From an uncultured bacterium (GTDB lineage Bacteria; Krumholzibacteriota; Krumholzibacteriia; JACNKJ01), in NCBI GenBank assembly GCA_963695095.1, contig CAVOFT010000001.1, positions 2,848,001 through 2,912,000 on the forward strand: 64,000 bases of DNA. The letters are read 5' to 3'. The position numbers and the translations under genes are program-made. Shown here in pieces: positions 28,635 through 39,420 of this stretch (within the stretch, counting starts at the first letter, position 1; each line of letters opens with the position of its first letter). Below the pieces are notes generated by a model, which saw nothing but the letters and a program-made list of their open reading frames with translations, was not told the DNA's origin and ran no database searches.

Positions 28635-30713
28635 CTAGTCGGCGGCGGCCAGCCGGCGCAGCAGCGGGCCTGCCGCGGGCTCCCAGTTGCCCTTGAGCTG
28701 GTTCTGCCCGCCGACGAAGGCCAGGTAGCTGTACTTGCCGTAGTGGGGCACCTTGCTGGCGATGGCCCGCAGCTCGCTGGGGGCGTCGGCAAGCACGGCC
28801 AGATAGCCGCCGCCCTCCCCGCGCTTGCCGGCGTAGACGAGGGCGTGGCCACCCGGCTCGAAGCGCTGGCCCTGGAACATCGTGAAGAAGGGCGTCTGCT
28901 TGAGACCCGGCGCTGCCTCGCCGATCGCGGCCGGCGGGGGCGCCGTGCCCAGCCAGATCACCGTGCGCTCCGCGCTCGCCGTGCCTTCGTCCGCGGCGGC
29001 CTCGCGGAGGCGCGGCTCGCCCTCGACGAAGGCGGCGGCGAACTCGCGCGCGGCCGCGGCGAGCTCCGGCGCCAGGCCGGGCTCGAGCAGGAAGAGCGGA
29101 TCCTCGTCGGCGAGGACGAGGCTGAGCGTGGCCTCCATCTCCTCGTCATAGAGGCGGCGGAAGACGTGGCAGTCGGGGTCCACGGCCACGCTCAGGGGCT
29201 CGGCGCTGAGCCGGCGCTCGAAGGGCAGGCGCGCCACGGCGGTCTGAACCCTGAAGTCGATGGGCCCGCCGGCGCTCTCCACGCGCAGGGGCACGCTGAG
29301 GATGAGCGGCTCGCCTTCCTGCACGAGCTCGCCGCGCAGGATCCACCCGTCGCCCTGCGGCGCCGCCGTCACCTCGCCCAGGGCGAGCTGGGCCGCGCCC
29401 GGCTGCTCCAGCCACTGCCGGCGCTCGTCCTCGAGGGCGCCCGGGGCGAGGCCGCCCACGGTCTCGATCGCCCGGAAGAAATCCGCCCAGGTCGCCGCCT
29501 GCCACTGCCGTTCGGCGACGACGCGACGCAGGGCGGCGCGGAAGGCCTCGCGCCCCACCCGCTCCTCGAGCATGTGGAAGACGAACATGCTCTTGCCGTA
29601 GCCCACGGCCCGCGTCGGCGCGTCGTGGCGGCTGACGAACTCGCTGAGGGGAAAGTCGCGGCCGTCGCGGGTGTAGTGCGTGTAGTCCTTGAGCGTCGTG
29701 CGCCGGTACTGCCGCGCGGCCGCCGCCGATTCGCGCTCCTTGTAGAGGTAGTCGGCGGTGTAGACGGTGAGCCCCTCGCACCAGTTGCCGCCCTCGCCGA
29801 TGAAGACGGAGTTGCCCCACCAGTTGTGCGCGATCTCGTGGCCGAGGCTGGTGGCCTTGATGAAGGGCAGCCGCAAGACCTGCTGCCCGAGCAGGGTCCA
29901 GGAGGGCATGCCGTAGCCCGTGGGGAAGAAGTTCTCGACCACGGCGAACTTCGCGAAGGGGTAGGGCCCGAGGAAACCCTCGTAGAGATCGAGGTAGTCC
30001 GCGCAGGCCTCGAGGTAGCCGGCGGCCAGGCTCGAGTCCTCGGGGAAGAAGTAGGTCTCCACCAGCGTGGGGCCGTGCTGGATCCCGTCCACGCGGAAGC
30101 GGCCCGCGACCAGGTCCAGGCCCTCGCTGGCCTCGGGCGCCTGCCAGGAGGTCTCGCGGCGACCGGCGGCCGTGAAATCGCGCGCGCGACGGCCATTGGT
30201 GATGCTGCTCCAGCCGGCCGGGAGCACGACCGTGACCCGGTGCGCCGAGGCGCCCTCGCCGACGAGGGGATACCAGCCCGCGCCGGCCGCCAGGTAGATG
30301 CCCTCCTCGCCAACTGTGGCGCGGATCTCCGCCCCCACCTTTTCGCGGCCGAAGACGGTGCCGCTCACATCTTGGTAGACCTTGCCCTGCCAGCGGATCA
30401 GCCAGCGCTCGCTCGCGCCCGCGCCTTCCGCGCGCACGAGACGCCAGCGGCGCAGTCCGTCGCCCAGGCTGCTGTCGGGCGGCAGCTCGCTCAGGCTGAG
30501 CCCCGCCTCGCCGGCCTCGGGCGTGAGCTCCGCGTGCAGGCTGAACTCGAGCGCCGCGGCGGGCGCGGACAGCAGCAGCGTATCGGCGGCGCTGAGGCCG
30601 TGGAGGGCCGGGTCGAGCTGGACGCGGAGCGCGTGCTCGCGGACGGCCGGCTGGGCTGCCGCCCGCAGGGGCAGGCAGAGGCAGAGCGCAATGAGGACGG
30701 AGCGCTGGATCAT
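28635..30713 (-). CDS. M1 family (gluzincin) aminopeptidase, secreted
   Basis: Signal peptide; GPYPFAKFAVVE..PTGYGMP; HEIAHNWWGN...W.EGL; YGKS. Confidence 0.9.
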   Translation of the reverse strand: MIQRSVLIALCLCLPLRAAAQPAVREHALRVQLDPALHGLSAADTLLLSAPAAALEFSLHAELTPEAGEAGLSLSELPPDSSLGDGLRRWRLVRAEGAGASERWLIRWQGKVYQDVSGTVFGREKVGAEIRATVGEEGIYLAAGAGWYPLVGEGASAHRVTVVLPAGWSSITNGRRARDFTAAGRRETSWQAPEASEGLDLVAGRFRVDGIQHGPTLVETYFFPEDSSLAAGYLEACADYLDLYEGFLGPYPFAKFAVVENFFPTGYGMPSWTLLGQQVLRLPFIKATSLGHEIAHNWWGNSVFIGEGGNWCEGLTVYTADYLYKERESAAAARQYRRTTLKDYTHYTRDGRDFPLSEFVSRHDAPTRAVGYGKSMFVFHMLEERVGREAFRAALRRVVAERQWQAATWADFFRAIETVGGLAPGALEDERRQWLEQPGAAQLALGEVTAAPQGDGWILRGELVQEGEPLILSVPLRVESAGGPIDFRVQTAVARLPFERRLSAEPLSVAVDPDCHVFRRLYDEEMEATLSLVLADEDPLFLLEPGLAPELAAAAREFAAAFVEGEPRLREAAADEGTASAERTVIWLGTAPPPAAIGEAAPGLKQTPFFTMFQGQRFEPGGHALVYAGKRGEGGGYLAVLADAPSELRAIASKVPHYGKYSYLAFVGGQNQLKGNWEPAAGPLLRRLAAAD

Positions 30714-30835
30714 CGCACACCTCGGGGCAGGGGGACTTGCAGCTCCAAGCTAGCGCAGGCCGCGCCGCGGGAAAAGCCCCGGCGCTCGGCCGGGCGCCCG
30801 ACATCGCGACAAGAGCAGTCCCTTGTCTCCTTGTC

Positions 30836-30912
30836 GCGAATGATTCGCATTTTAACCCTTGTCAGGCACCCGATTTCGCCTATCTTGGCAGCACTTCCAA
30901 GAATGGTTCCTG
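30836..30912 (+). promoter_or_regulatory. perR-ahpC promoter with Fur/PerR-type inverted repeats
   Basis: GCGAAT-G-ATTCGC (30836-48); TTGTCA-16-TATCTT (30859-86); CAAGAAT-G-GTTCCTG (30898-912). Confidence 0.45.
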
Positions 30913-30915
30913 ATT

Positions 30916-31308
30916 ATGCGCAAGACACAGCAGCGCGAGGCCATCCTCGGCTTCCTCAAGGGCACCCGGTCGCACCCCACCGCCGAGCAGACGCACGCGG
31001 CGGTGCGCCAGGGGCTACCGGCCCTCAGCCTGGGCACCGTCTATCGCAACCTGGGCCGGCTGGTGGGCGAGGGCCTCGTCCGCGAGCTGCCCGCCGGCCC
31101 GCAGGGCCGGCGCTACGACGCGGTCCTGGAGCCCCACCACCACTTCTTCTGCACGCGCTGCGGAAAGGTGGAGGACGTCTACCCGGGCCTGCCGTCCACG
31201 GTCAAGGAAGCCATGATCCGGAGCATCGATCGGGAAGTGACGCAATTCAGACTGCAGTTCTTCGGCCTCTGCGAGGACTGCGACCAGCCAACCAGGAACG
31301 TGAGGTGA
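30916..31308 (+). CDS. perR: Fur-family regulator, PerR-like
   Basis: TQQREAIL, SHPTAE, LSLGTVYRNL, RYD...HHHFFCTRCGKVED, GLCEDC; directly upstream of a peroxiredoxin. Confidence 0.8.
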   Translation: MRKTQQREAILGFLKGTRSHPTAEQTHAAVRQGLPALSLGTVYRNLGRLVGEGLVRELPAGPQGRRYDAVLEPHHHFFCTRCGKVEDVYPGLPSTVKEAMIRSIDREVTQFRLQFFGLCEDCDQPTRNVR

Positions 31309-31315
31309 TTGAAGG

Positions 31316-31933
31316 ATGCCAGCGATGATCGAGCAGAAGGTGCCCGTGCAGGTGGGCCAGCCGGCCCCGGACTTCAAGGCCGTCGCCGTGATGCCGGACA
31401 ACAGCTTCAATGAAGACTTCAAGCTCTCCGACTACAAGGGCAAGTACGTGGTCCTCTATTTCTACCCCTTGGACTTCACCTTCGTCTGCCCGACGGAGAT
31501 CATCGAGTTCAACCGCAAGCTGGCCAGGTTCAAGGCGAAGGGCGTCGAGGTGATCGGCGTGTCCGTCGACAGCCAGTTCAGCCACTGGGCCTGGAAGAAC
31601 ACGCCCGTCGAGCAGGGCGGCATCGGCAACATCCAGTACCCGCTGGTCGCCGACCTCGGCAAGACGATCAGCGAGGACTACGGCGTGCTCCTGCCCGGCG
31701 GCGTCGCCCTGCGCGGCACCTTCCTCATCGACAAGGCGGGCCTGGTGCAGCATGCCACCGTCAACAACCTGGGCCTGGGCCGCAACATCGACGAGACCCT
31801 GCGCATGGTCGACGCCCTGCAGCACCTGGAGAAGCACGGCGAGGTCTGCCCGGCCGGATGGACCGAGGGCGAGGAGGCGATGAAGCCCTCCTCCACGGGC
31901 GTGGCCGAGTACCTGACCAAGCACGCCAAGTAG
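31316..31933 (+). CDS. ahpC: 2-Cys peroxiredoxin (AhpC/TSA)
   Basis: [37 protein letters not shown]. Confidence 0.95.
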   Translation: MPAMIEQKVPVQVGQPAPDFKAVAVMPDNSFNEDFKLSDYKGKYVVLYFYPLDFTFVCPTEIIEFNRKLARFKAKGVEVIGVSVDSQFSHWAWKNTPVEQGGIGNIQYPLVADLGKTISEDYGVLLPGGVALRGTFLIDKAGLVQHATVNNLGLGRNIDETLRMVDALQHLEKHGEVCPAGWTEGEEAMKPSSTGVAEYLTKHAK

Positions 31934-31961
31934 CTCACCTGCTCACCCCTCAGTGACAGGC

Positions 31962-31991
31962 GCCCGCCCGGCTCAGGCCGGGCGGGCTTTT
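31962..31991 (+). terminator. Rho-independent terminator after ahpC
   Basis: GCCCGCCCGGC-tcag-GCCGGGCGGGC-TTTT. Confidence 0.8.
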
Positions 31992-32048
31992 CATTGCTTC
32001 GCGCCGGCAGGCCGTCTAGGCTCGCGGCCTAGCCGGCGGAGGTCGCGC

Positions 32049-32834
32049 ATGATCCGTTCCCGCGCCGTCGTGGCGCTTCTTCTCCTCGCCCTGCTCGGGG
32101 CCGCCTGCGGACGCCGCGGGCCGGAACGCATCCACTTCTACGCCGCCGCCAGTCTCACCGATGCGGTCGCCGAGATCGTCACGGCCTGGGAGGCGGATGG
32201 CGGCCGGCCCCCCGTGCTGCCGGTCTTCGCCAGCAGCTCCACGCTGGCGCGACAGATCCGCGAAGGCGCCCCCGCCCAGCTCTTCCTGTCCGCCAACGAG
32301 CAGTGGATGGACTACCTGGTCCACGAGACCGAGCGCGTGCGCTCCGACAGCCGCCTGGATCTCCTCGCCAACCGCCTGGTGCTCGTCGTGCCGCCCGGCA
32401 ATCCGGCCGGCATCGACTCCCCGGCGGATCTGACCCAGCGCATCGACGGGCTGGCGATCGGCGATCCCGATCACGTGCCCGCGGGCATCTACGCCGTCGC
32501 CTGGCTCCAGAGCGCCGGGCTCTGGCAGCAGGTCAAGCGCGAGCTGCGGCCGGCCAAGGACGTGCGCGCGGCCCTCGCCTACGTGGAGAAGGGCAGCGTG
32601 GACGCCGGCATCGTCTACTTCACCGATGCGCAGGCGGGCAACGTGGAAGTGGTGGCCGTCCTCGACGGCCGGCTCGCGCCGCCCATCCGCTACCCGCTCG
32701 CGCTCATCGAGCCCGAGGACGATGACGAGGAACTCGCGCCCGCGGCCCTGAGCTTCTACCGCTGGCTGACCAGCCCGCGCGCGGCGGCCATCTTCCGCAG
32801 GCACGGCTTCCTCACCCTGGCGGAAGGCCGGTGA
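32049..32834 (+). CDS. modA: Molybdate ABC transporter substrate-binding protein (lipoprotein signal)
   Basis: AAASLTDA, FASSSTLARQI.EGAPA.LFLSAN, DP.HVPAG.YA, DVRAALAYVE. Confidence 0.92.
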   Translation: MIRSRAVVALLLLALLGAACGRRGPERIHFYAAASLTDAVAEIVTAWEADGGRPPVLPVFASSSTLARQIREGAPAQLFLSANEQWMDYLVHETERVRSDSRLDLLANRLVLVVPPGNPAGIDSPADLTQRIDGLAIGDPDHVPAGIYAVAWLQSAGLWQQVKRELRPAKDVRAALAYVEKGSVDAGIVYFTDAQAGNVEVVAVLDGRLAPPIRYPLALIEPEDDDEELAPAALSFYRWLTSPRAAAIFRRHGFLTLAEGR

Positions 32835-33505
32835 GCGCGGCCGAGTGGCAGGCCCTGAGCCTCTCGCTGCGCGTGAGCCTCGTGGCCACGCTGGTCGCCC
32901 TGCCGCTGGGCCTCGTCATCGCCGCCTGGCTGGCCCGCGGCGCCAGCCGCCTGCGCTGGCTGGTCGATGCCCTCGTCCAGATTCCTCTGGTGCTGCCGCC
33001 CCTGGTCACCGGCTACCTCTTGCTGCTGCTGCTGGGCCGGCGCGGGCCGCTGGGCCGGCTGCTGGCGCCCCTCGGGCTGGACTTCGCCTTCGACTGGAAG
33101 GGCGCCGCGCTCGCGGCGGCAGTGGTCTCCTTCCCGCTGCTCGTGCGCGCCGCGCAGGTCGCCTTCGCCGCCGTTGACCCGCGGCTGCCGCTGGCCGCGC
33201 GCAGCCTGGGAGCGAGCCGTCTGGACTGCTTCTTCACGGTGACGCTGCCCCTCGCTCGCCGCGGCATTCTCGCCGGCCTCCTGCTCGCCTTCACGCGCGG
33301 CTTCGGCGAATTCGGCGCCACGATCGTGCTGGCGAGCAACATCCCCGGCGAGACGCGAACCGTGCCCTTGGCCATCTACTCCCTCATCGAGAGCGCGGAC
33401 GGCGAGGCGGCCGCCGGCCGGCTCGTCCTGGTCTGCGTGGCCGTGAGCCTGGCGGCGATGCTCGGCGTGCAGCTCCTGCAGCCGCGCGCGAGCCGGGAGC
33501 GCTGA
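32831..33505 (+). CDS. modB: Molybdate ABC transporter permease
   Basis: PLVLPP.VTGY.LL, FPLLVR, AFTRGFGEFGATI. Confidence 0.93.
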   Translation: MSAAEWQALSLSLRVSLVATLVALPLGLVIAAWLARGASRLRWLVDALVQIPLVLPPLVTGYLLLLLLGRRGPLGRLLAPLGLDFAFDWKGAALAAAVVSFPLLVRAAQVAFAAVDPRLPLAARSLGASRLDCFFTVTLPLARRGILAGLLLAFTRGFGEFGATIVLASNIPGETRTVPLAIYSLIESADGEAAAGRLVLVCVAVSLAAMLGVQLLQPRASRER

Positions 33506-33506
33506 G

Positions 33507-34199
33507 GTGCTGCGCCTGGATCTCGAGTTGCGCCGCGGCGACTTCCGTCTGCAGGTGGATCTGACGATCGCCGCGCGCGTCTGCGCCATCGTCGGTCCCA
33601 GCGGCGCCGGCAAGACCAGCCTGCTCGAGGCCGTGGCCGGTCTGGCCCGGCCCGAGAGTGGGCGAATCGAGCTGGACGGCGTCACCCTCTTCGACGCCGC
33701 CGCCGGCATCGACCTGCCGCCGGAGCGGCGGCAGCTCGGTTACGTCTTCCAGGACGGCGCGCTCTTTCCCCACCTCAGCGTGGCGGGCAATCTGCGCTAC
33801 GGGCTGCGGCGCCGGCAGGGCGCGGGCCCCGCCTGGGGCGAAGTGGTCGAGGTGCTGGGCCTGGCCGGCCTGCTCGCGCGCCCCGTGACCGGCCTGTCCG
33901 GCGGCGAGCGGCAGCGCGTCGGCCTGGGTCGCGCCCTGCTCGCCGCTCCCCGCCTGCTCCTGCTCGACGAGCCGCTGGCCAGTCTCGATGCGGAGTTGAA
34001 GCTGCGCATCCTGAGCTTCCTGGCCCGCGGTGTCGAGGCCTTCGGCGTGCCGGTGCTCTACGTCTCCCACTCGACGCGGGAACTGCTCGAGCTCGCCGAG
34101 CACGCCGTGCTGCTCGCCTCCGGCCGCGTCACCGCCGCGGGCCCACCTGCGGCCCTTTTCGCGCCGGACGGCCCGGCCGCGCGGCTGGCCCTCTATTGA
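33507..34199 (+). CDS. modC: Molybdate ABC transporter ATPase (short, no TOBE domain)
   Basis: GPSGAGKT, GYVFQD..LFPHL, LSGGERQRV, LLLDEP. Confidence 0.9.
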   Translation: MLRLDLELRRGDFRLQVDLTIAARVCAIVGPSGAGKTSLLEAVAGLARPESGRIELDGVTLFDAAAGIDLPPERRQLGYVFQDGALFPHLSVAGNLRYGLRRRQGAGPAWGEVVEVLGLAGLLARPVTGLSGGERQRVGLGRALLAAPRLLLLDEPLASLDAELKLRILSFLARGVEAFGVPVLYVSHSTRELLELAEHAVLLASGRVTAAGPPAALFAPDGPAARLALY

Positions 34200-34303
34200 C
34201 GTCGCCCCCGGCTTGACGCTCCCCCCGGCTGCGCACTACTGTGGGCCCAATCGTGGCGGGATCCGCACCCGCCTGCACCCGTGACCGTGCAAGGAGATGG
34301 GAT

Positions 34304-35959
34304 ATGACTTTCCAGGACAAGCTGGCCGGCCTGCTCACCAGCCGCGGCAAGGCCGTGCACGACAATCCTCCCCGTGCCGAGCTGATCCGCGCGGCGCTGG
34401 CCAACGGCGAGGCCGTGGCGGCCACGTGCGGCGCCCTCGTCACCTGGACTCCGCCCGAGTCCACCGGCCGCAGCCCGAAGGACACGGTCATCGTTCGCCG
34501 CCCCGAGAGCGAGCAGACTATCGACTGGAGCGCGGCCAACAACATCCCGCTCGATCCCGAGACCATGGACATGGTGCTCGAGGACGCGCTGGCCGCCTTC
34601 ACGCGCCTGCCCCGCCTCTACAAGATCAACCGGCTGGTCGGCGCCGACCCGGCCTACACCCTGCCCGTGCACATGGTGAGCAGCCACGCCCTGCACTCGG
34701 TCTTCGCCGACAACATGTTCCGGCCCTGGTCGGACGCGGAGGTCAAGCAGAGCGTCTTCAAGGACAGGCCCTTCACCCTGATCGCCCTGCCCTACGAGAA
34801 GCTCGACCCCAAGCGCTATGCCGGCCGCCTGCGCGAGGATCCGCGCCTGGGCCACACCTCGACGATGGTGGTGGCCATGGACTTCGATCGGCGCCTCGGC
34901 GTCGTCTACGGCTCGGCCTACTGCGGCAGCGTCAAGAAGCTGATCTTCACCGTGATGAACTACATCCTGCCGCCGGCGGGCATCCTGCCCCTGCACTGCA
35001 GCGCCAACGAGGGGCCCAAGGGGGACAGCGCTCTCCTGCTCGGCCTGTCGGGCACGGGCAAGACCACGCTGTCGGCGGATCCCGGCCGCGCCCTGCTCGG
35101 CGACGACGAGCATGGCTGGAGCGAGGCCGGCATCGCCAACTTCGAGCACGGCTGCTACGCCAAGCTCATCGACCTCGACCCTGCCAAGGAGCCGGAAATC
35201 CACAAGGCCTGCTTCCACGAAGCGCCGGTGGAGCAGCACGGCGCCGTCATCGAGAACACGATGATGTGGCCGGACGGCAGCTTCGATCTCTACGATGCCC
35301 GCCTCACGCCCAACAGCCGGGGCAGCTATCCGCTCAGCTATCTCAGCAACATCAAGCCGAGCTCGATGGCCGGCCATCCGAAGGCCATCCTCTTCCTCAC
35401 CGCCGACGCCAACGGCGTCATTCCGCCGGTGAGCAAGCTGACCCGCGAGCAGGCCATGCTCTGGTTCCTGATGGGCTACACGAGCAAGCTGGCGGGCACG
35501 GAGACCGGCATCGTCGATCCGGTGAGCACCTTCTCGCGCTTCTTCGGCGCCCCCTTCATGCCCCGCAACCCGGACGACTACGCGTCGATGCTCGGCCGCA
35601 AGCTGGACGAGCACGGCACGCAGGTCTTCCTCATCAACACCGGCTGGTCGGGCGGGGCCTACGGCGAAGGCCACCGCATGGACATCAACCTCACGCGCAG
35701 CATGGTCAACGCCGCGCTCGCCGGCGCCCTGGACAGCGTGGACTGCGAGGCCGATCCCATCTTCAAGGTGCTGGTGCCGACCAGCTGCCCGGGAGTGGCG
35801 GATCCCAGCATCCTGAAGCCGGTGAACACCTGGAAGGACAAGGCCGCCTTCACCGCCCGGGCCCGCAAGCTGGCCGGCGAGTTCGCGTCCCAGTTCGACA
35901 AGGCCTACGGCGACAAGGGCATCGATGCCGCCGTGGCCGCCGCCTGCCCCGGCCGCTAG
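34304..35959 (+). CDS. pckA: Phosphoenolpyruvate carboxykinase (ATP)
   Basis: TGRSPKD, LHCSAN, GLSGTGKTTLS, GDDEHGW, GCYAK, FLTADA.GV.PP, NTGWSGG. Confidence 0.95.
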   Translation: MTFQDKLAGLLTSRGKAVHDNPPRAELIRAALANGEAVAATCGALVTWTPPESTGRSPKDTVIVRRPESEQTIDWSAANNIPLDPETMDMVLEDALAAFTRLPRLYKINRLVGADPAYTLPVHMVSSHALHSVFADNMFRPWSDAEVKQSVFKDRPFTLIALPYEKLDPKRYAGRLREDPRLGHTSTMVVAMDFDRRLGVVYGSAYCGSVKKLIFTVMNYILPPAGILPLHCSANEGPKGDSALLLGLSGTGKTTLSADPGRALLGDDEHGWSEAGIANFEHGCYAKLIDLDPAKEPEIHKACFHEAPVEQHGAVIENTMMWPDGSFDLYDARLTPNSRGSYPLSYLSNIKPSSMAGHPKAILFLTADANGVIPPVSKLTREQAMLWFLMGYTSKLAGTETGIVDPVSTFSRFFGAPFMPRNPDDYASMLGRKLDEHGTQVFLINTGWSGGAYGEGHRMDINLTRSMVNAALAGALDSVDCEADPIFKVLVPTSCPGVADPSILKPVNTWKDKAAFTARARKLAGEFASQFDKAYGDKGIDAAVAAACPGR

Positions 35960-36047
35960 CGCGCCCGTTGACGGGGGCAGGGCGCCCCGCTAGACTCAGG
36001 GCCGGCTCCCTGCCCGGGAGCCGGCCGCTACTACTCCCGAGGTGCTC

Positions 36048-36758
36048 ATGCTGCGCCGGCCACTCCTGCGCGATCCCTTCCTCGCCGCCGCCGTGGCCAT
36101 CCTGGTCGGCCTGGCGGCGCCGGCCGCGGCCCGCGCGGCCGGCCGCGGCTTGCAGGAACCCAGGGACCCGCTGCGCTCGACCTTCGCCATCAGCTTCGGC
36201 GTGCTCGAGCTCGCGGACGAGGCCTACGGGGACTTCTTCGATCGCGGCGAGCTGAACACCTGGACCCTGCGCTACGACTACCGGGTCTGGGGACCCTTCC
36301 GCCTCGGCAGCGCCCTGGCGGCGAGCCGGAAGAGCGAAGTCGCGCGCGAGGTCTCGCTCGGCAGCGCGGCCTACCCCGTCCGCTACCGCTTCAGCGCCTT
36401 CACCGCCTTCGGCGAGCTGTTCCTGCGCAGCGAGTTGCCGAGCCTGGGCTTTCTGCATCCGCAGGTCAGCGCCGGCCTGCTCGTCAGCCGCATCCACGCC
36501 GAGAGCAGCGGCTATAGCCTGGGCTACGAGGCGGGCTGGGAGGACTATCGCCCGCTCGACGAAGTCGTCAAGTACGGCCACGGCTGGCGCGCCGCCCTGG
36601 GCCTGCACTGGCCCCTCTGGGCCAACGTGGCGCTCTACGCGGAAGGCAGCCGCCAGGAGCTGGACCGCTACGACGCCCCGGTGGACCGCGATCCGCCCGT
36701 GGGCAGCTTCAGCCACAGCGGCGACCGCCTCGAAATCGGCCTCCAGCAGAGCTTCTAG
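36048..36758 (+). CDS. Outer-membrane beta-barrel protein
   Basis: Signal peptide, alternating amphipathic strands, C-terminal Phe (LEIGLQQSF). Confidence 0.6.
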   Translation: MLRRPLLRDPFLAAAVAILVGLAAPAAARAAGRGLQEPRDPLRSTFAISFGVLELADEAYGDFFDRGELNTWTLRYDYRVWGPFRLGSALAASRKSEVAREVSLGSAAYPVRYRFSAFTAFGELFLRSELPSLGFLHPQVSAGLLVSRIHAESSGYSLGYEAGWEDYRPLDEVVKYGHGWRAALGLHWPLWANVALYAEGSRQELDRYDAPVDRDPPVGSFSHSGDRLEIGLQQSF

Positions 36759-36887
36759 CCGGCTCAGACCGGCGCTTGCCGCCCCTGGCTACTCCCTGGT
36801 ATGATTAGGGCCGCTGGGCGCGCCGCTCTGCCCCCGTGGATGCGGCCCGCGGCGCCCTGCCACTCGCCCTCGCGCCAAGGAGTCCCC

Positions 36888-39354
36888 ATGTCCAAGCGCC
36901 TCGTTGCCGCCCTGGCCTTGCTTTGCTGCTGCGTTCCCCTCGCGCTCGCCGACGGCGGCACGGGCAAGCGGCTCGTCCGCGTGGCCGGCTCCGGGGAGAG
37001 CGGACCCGCCCTGGCCGACCACGGGCTCCTGCTCGTCGCCGAGCTGCCGGAGGGCGACGGCTACCTCGCCTTCGCGGACGCTGCCGAGCTGGCGCGCCTG
37101 GCCGCCTGGGGCCGCGCGGTCGAGGTGCTCGACGCCATGGACGACGGCAGCCGCGAGTACCTGATCGCCTATCGCCACGCGCCGGGCGTGCTCCACACCC
37201 AGCACCCCGATCCCGCGGGCGCGCGCCTGCTGTGGACGGGCGCAAGCTATCGCCTGCTCAGCGTGCCGGCCGGGGACCTGGCGCTCACGCCGAGCTGCTT
37301 GCCCGACATCCAGCGCGTCTTCCGCCGGCCTCTGCGCTTCGTGCGCAGCCCCTGGGTGGAGCCCTCTCCGCAGCGGGACGTCGATCCCCAGATCGCCGCG
37401 ATGGTGGCGGGCGTCGTCCAGAGCGAGCTGCAGAGCCAGGTGCAGACCCTGCAGAACTTCGGCACCCGCCATTCGCAGTACGCGGGCGGCCTGTCGGCCT
37501 CGCAGTGGATCCGCGACCAGTTCCTCGCCTACGGCTACACGGACGTGAGCTTCCACGACTACAACAGCTGGAACGACAACGTGGTCTGCGTGAAGCCGGG
37601 CGCGGTCTACCCCGATCGCTACGTCGTGATCGGCGGCCACTACGATTCCACCAACTTCAGCGGCGACAGCTATGCGCCTGGCGCCGACGACAACGCCACC
37701 GGCACCGTGGGCGTGCTCCAGGCCGCGAAGGCCTTCGCGGCGGGTGAGTTCGAGTACACGACCATCTTCATCGCCTTCAGCGGCGAGGAGCAGGGCCTGG
37801 TCGGCAGCGACGCCTGGGCCGCGGCGGCCGCGGCGGCGGGCATGGACATCGTCGGCATGCTGAACCTGGACATGCTCTGCTACAAGGCGACGAGCGACGC
37901 CGAGGACATCGACATCATCAGCAACGCCTCCAGCGATCCGCTGGCGGACCTGGCCTACGCGGCGATCGCCGCCTACGTGCCCGAGCTGGCCGCCGTCGAA
38001 GGCTACCTGTCCGGCGGCAGCAGCGACCACGCCTCCTTCTGGGGCAACGGCTTCCGGGCCATCTTCTTCTTCGAGGACAGCAACGCCTACAGCCCCTACA
38101 TCCACACCGCTAACGACATCATCGGCACCAGCGCCAACAACTTCGACTTCATGTTCAAGAACGTGAAGGCGGCGGTCGCCACCTTCGCCGTCATGGCGCG
38201 GCCCTTCCACATCGCCATCCAGCACGAGGCGCTCGCGCACAGCGAAAGCCTGGGGCCCTTCACCGTCAGCGCCCTCATCCAGGCCGCCGCGCCGCTCGCG
38301 CCGGCCAGCCTGCTCCTCCACTATCGCGCGAACGGCGGCTCCTTCCTGACGCTGCCGCTCGCGGCCACCGGTCAGCCGGACGAGTACGCGGCCACGATTC
38401 CCGGCGCAAGCGCCGGGCAGCCTGGTGGAGTACTACCTGAGCGCGGCCGACCAGTCCGGCTACACGGCGACGGCGCCCGAGGGCGCGCCGGCCCTGCTCC
38501 ATGCTTTCCGCACGGGCGTCACGGCCGTGCTCCGCGATGACGTCGAGGCCGACCTGGGCTGGACCCTGGGCGCCGCCGGCGACGATGCCACGACGGGCCT
38601 GTGGATCCGCGCCGATCCCGTGGGCACCAGCTACCAGCCGGAGTACGACCACACGCCCGATCCCGGCGTGCTCTGCTTCGTCACGGGCAACGGCGCCCCC
38701 GGCGGCAGCGCGGGCGACCAGGACGTGGACGGCGGCAAGACCACCCTGCTCTCGCCGCTCTTCGACCTCGAGGGCGCGAGCTGGGCCGGGCTCTCCTACT
38801 GGCGCTGGTACACGGACGAGACCAGCCACGACGACGACTTCCTCGTGGACATCTCCAACGACGGCGGCGCGAGCTGGGTGAGCCTGGAGATCGTCGCCGA
38901 CAGCGCCTATCCCTGGGTGAAGGCCGTCTTCGACGACCTGGGGACCATCCTGCCCCTCACCAGCCAGATGCGCCTGCGCTTCATCGCCAGCGACACGGGC
39001 AGCGGCAGCCTGGTGGAAGCGCTCATCGATGACTTCGAGGTCGTGGCCGTCACCGACGACCTCACCGGCGTGGAGCCGGATCCGGCGGCGCCCGCCGCCC
39101 GCCTGGCCGCCTACCCCAACCCCTTCAACCCGAAGACGAGCCTGCGCCTCAGCCTGCCCAGCGCCGGGCGCGCCGAGCTGCGCGTCTTCGACGCCGTCGG
39201 CGCCGAGGTAGCCCGGCTCCTCGACGGGCCGGCCGCGGCCGGCCCCCTCGAGCTCAGCTGGGACGCCGGGGCTCTGCCCAGCGGCCTCTACTTCGCGCGG
39301 CTCAGCCTCGACGGCCGGCCGGTGACGAGCCTCAAGCTCACTCTTCTCAAGTAA
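36888..39354 (+). CDS. Secreted M28 zinc peptidase with C-terminal T9SS/FlgD-like CTD (one +1 frameshift near 38406)
   Basis: GGHYDS, PGADDNATG, FSGEEQGLVGS, NLDM, SDHASF, HT.ND; tail TGVE...YPNPFNPKT...LPSGLYFARL...KLTLLK. Confidence 0.88.
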
Positions 39355-39420
39355 GGGACTCGCGGGCCTGCGGCCGAGCGCCGCTTCACAGGCGCTCGGC
39401 CCGCAGGTCCGCGAGCCCCC
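39355..39420. other. Long intergenic hairpin after the M28 gene
   Basis: CTCGCGGGCCTGCGGCCGAGCGCC ... GGCGCTCGGCCCGCAGGTCCGCGAG near-perfect inverted repeat. Confidence 0.55.
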
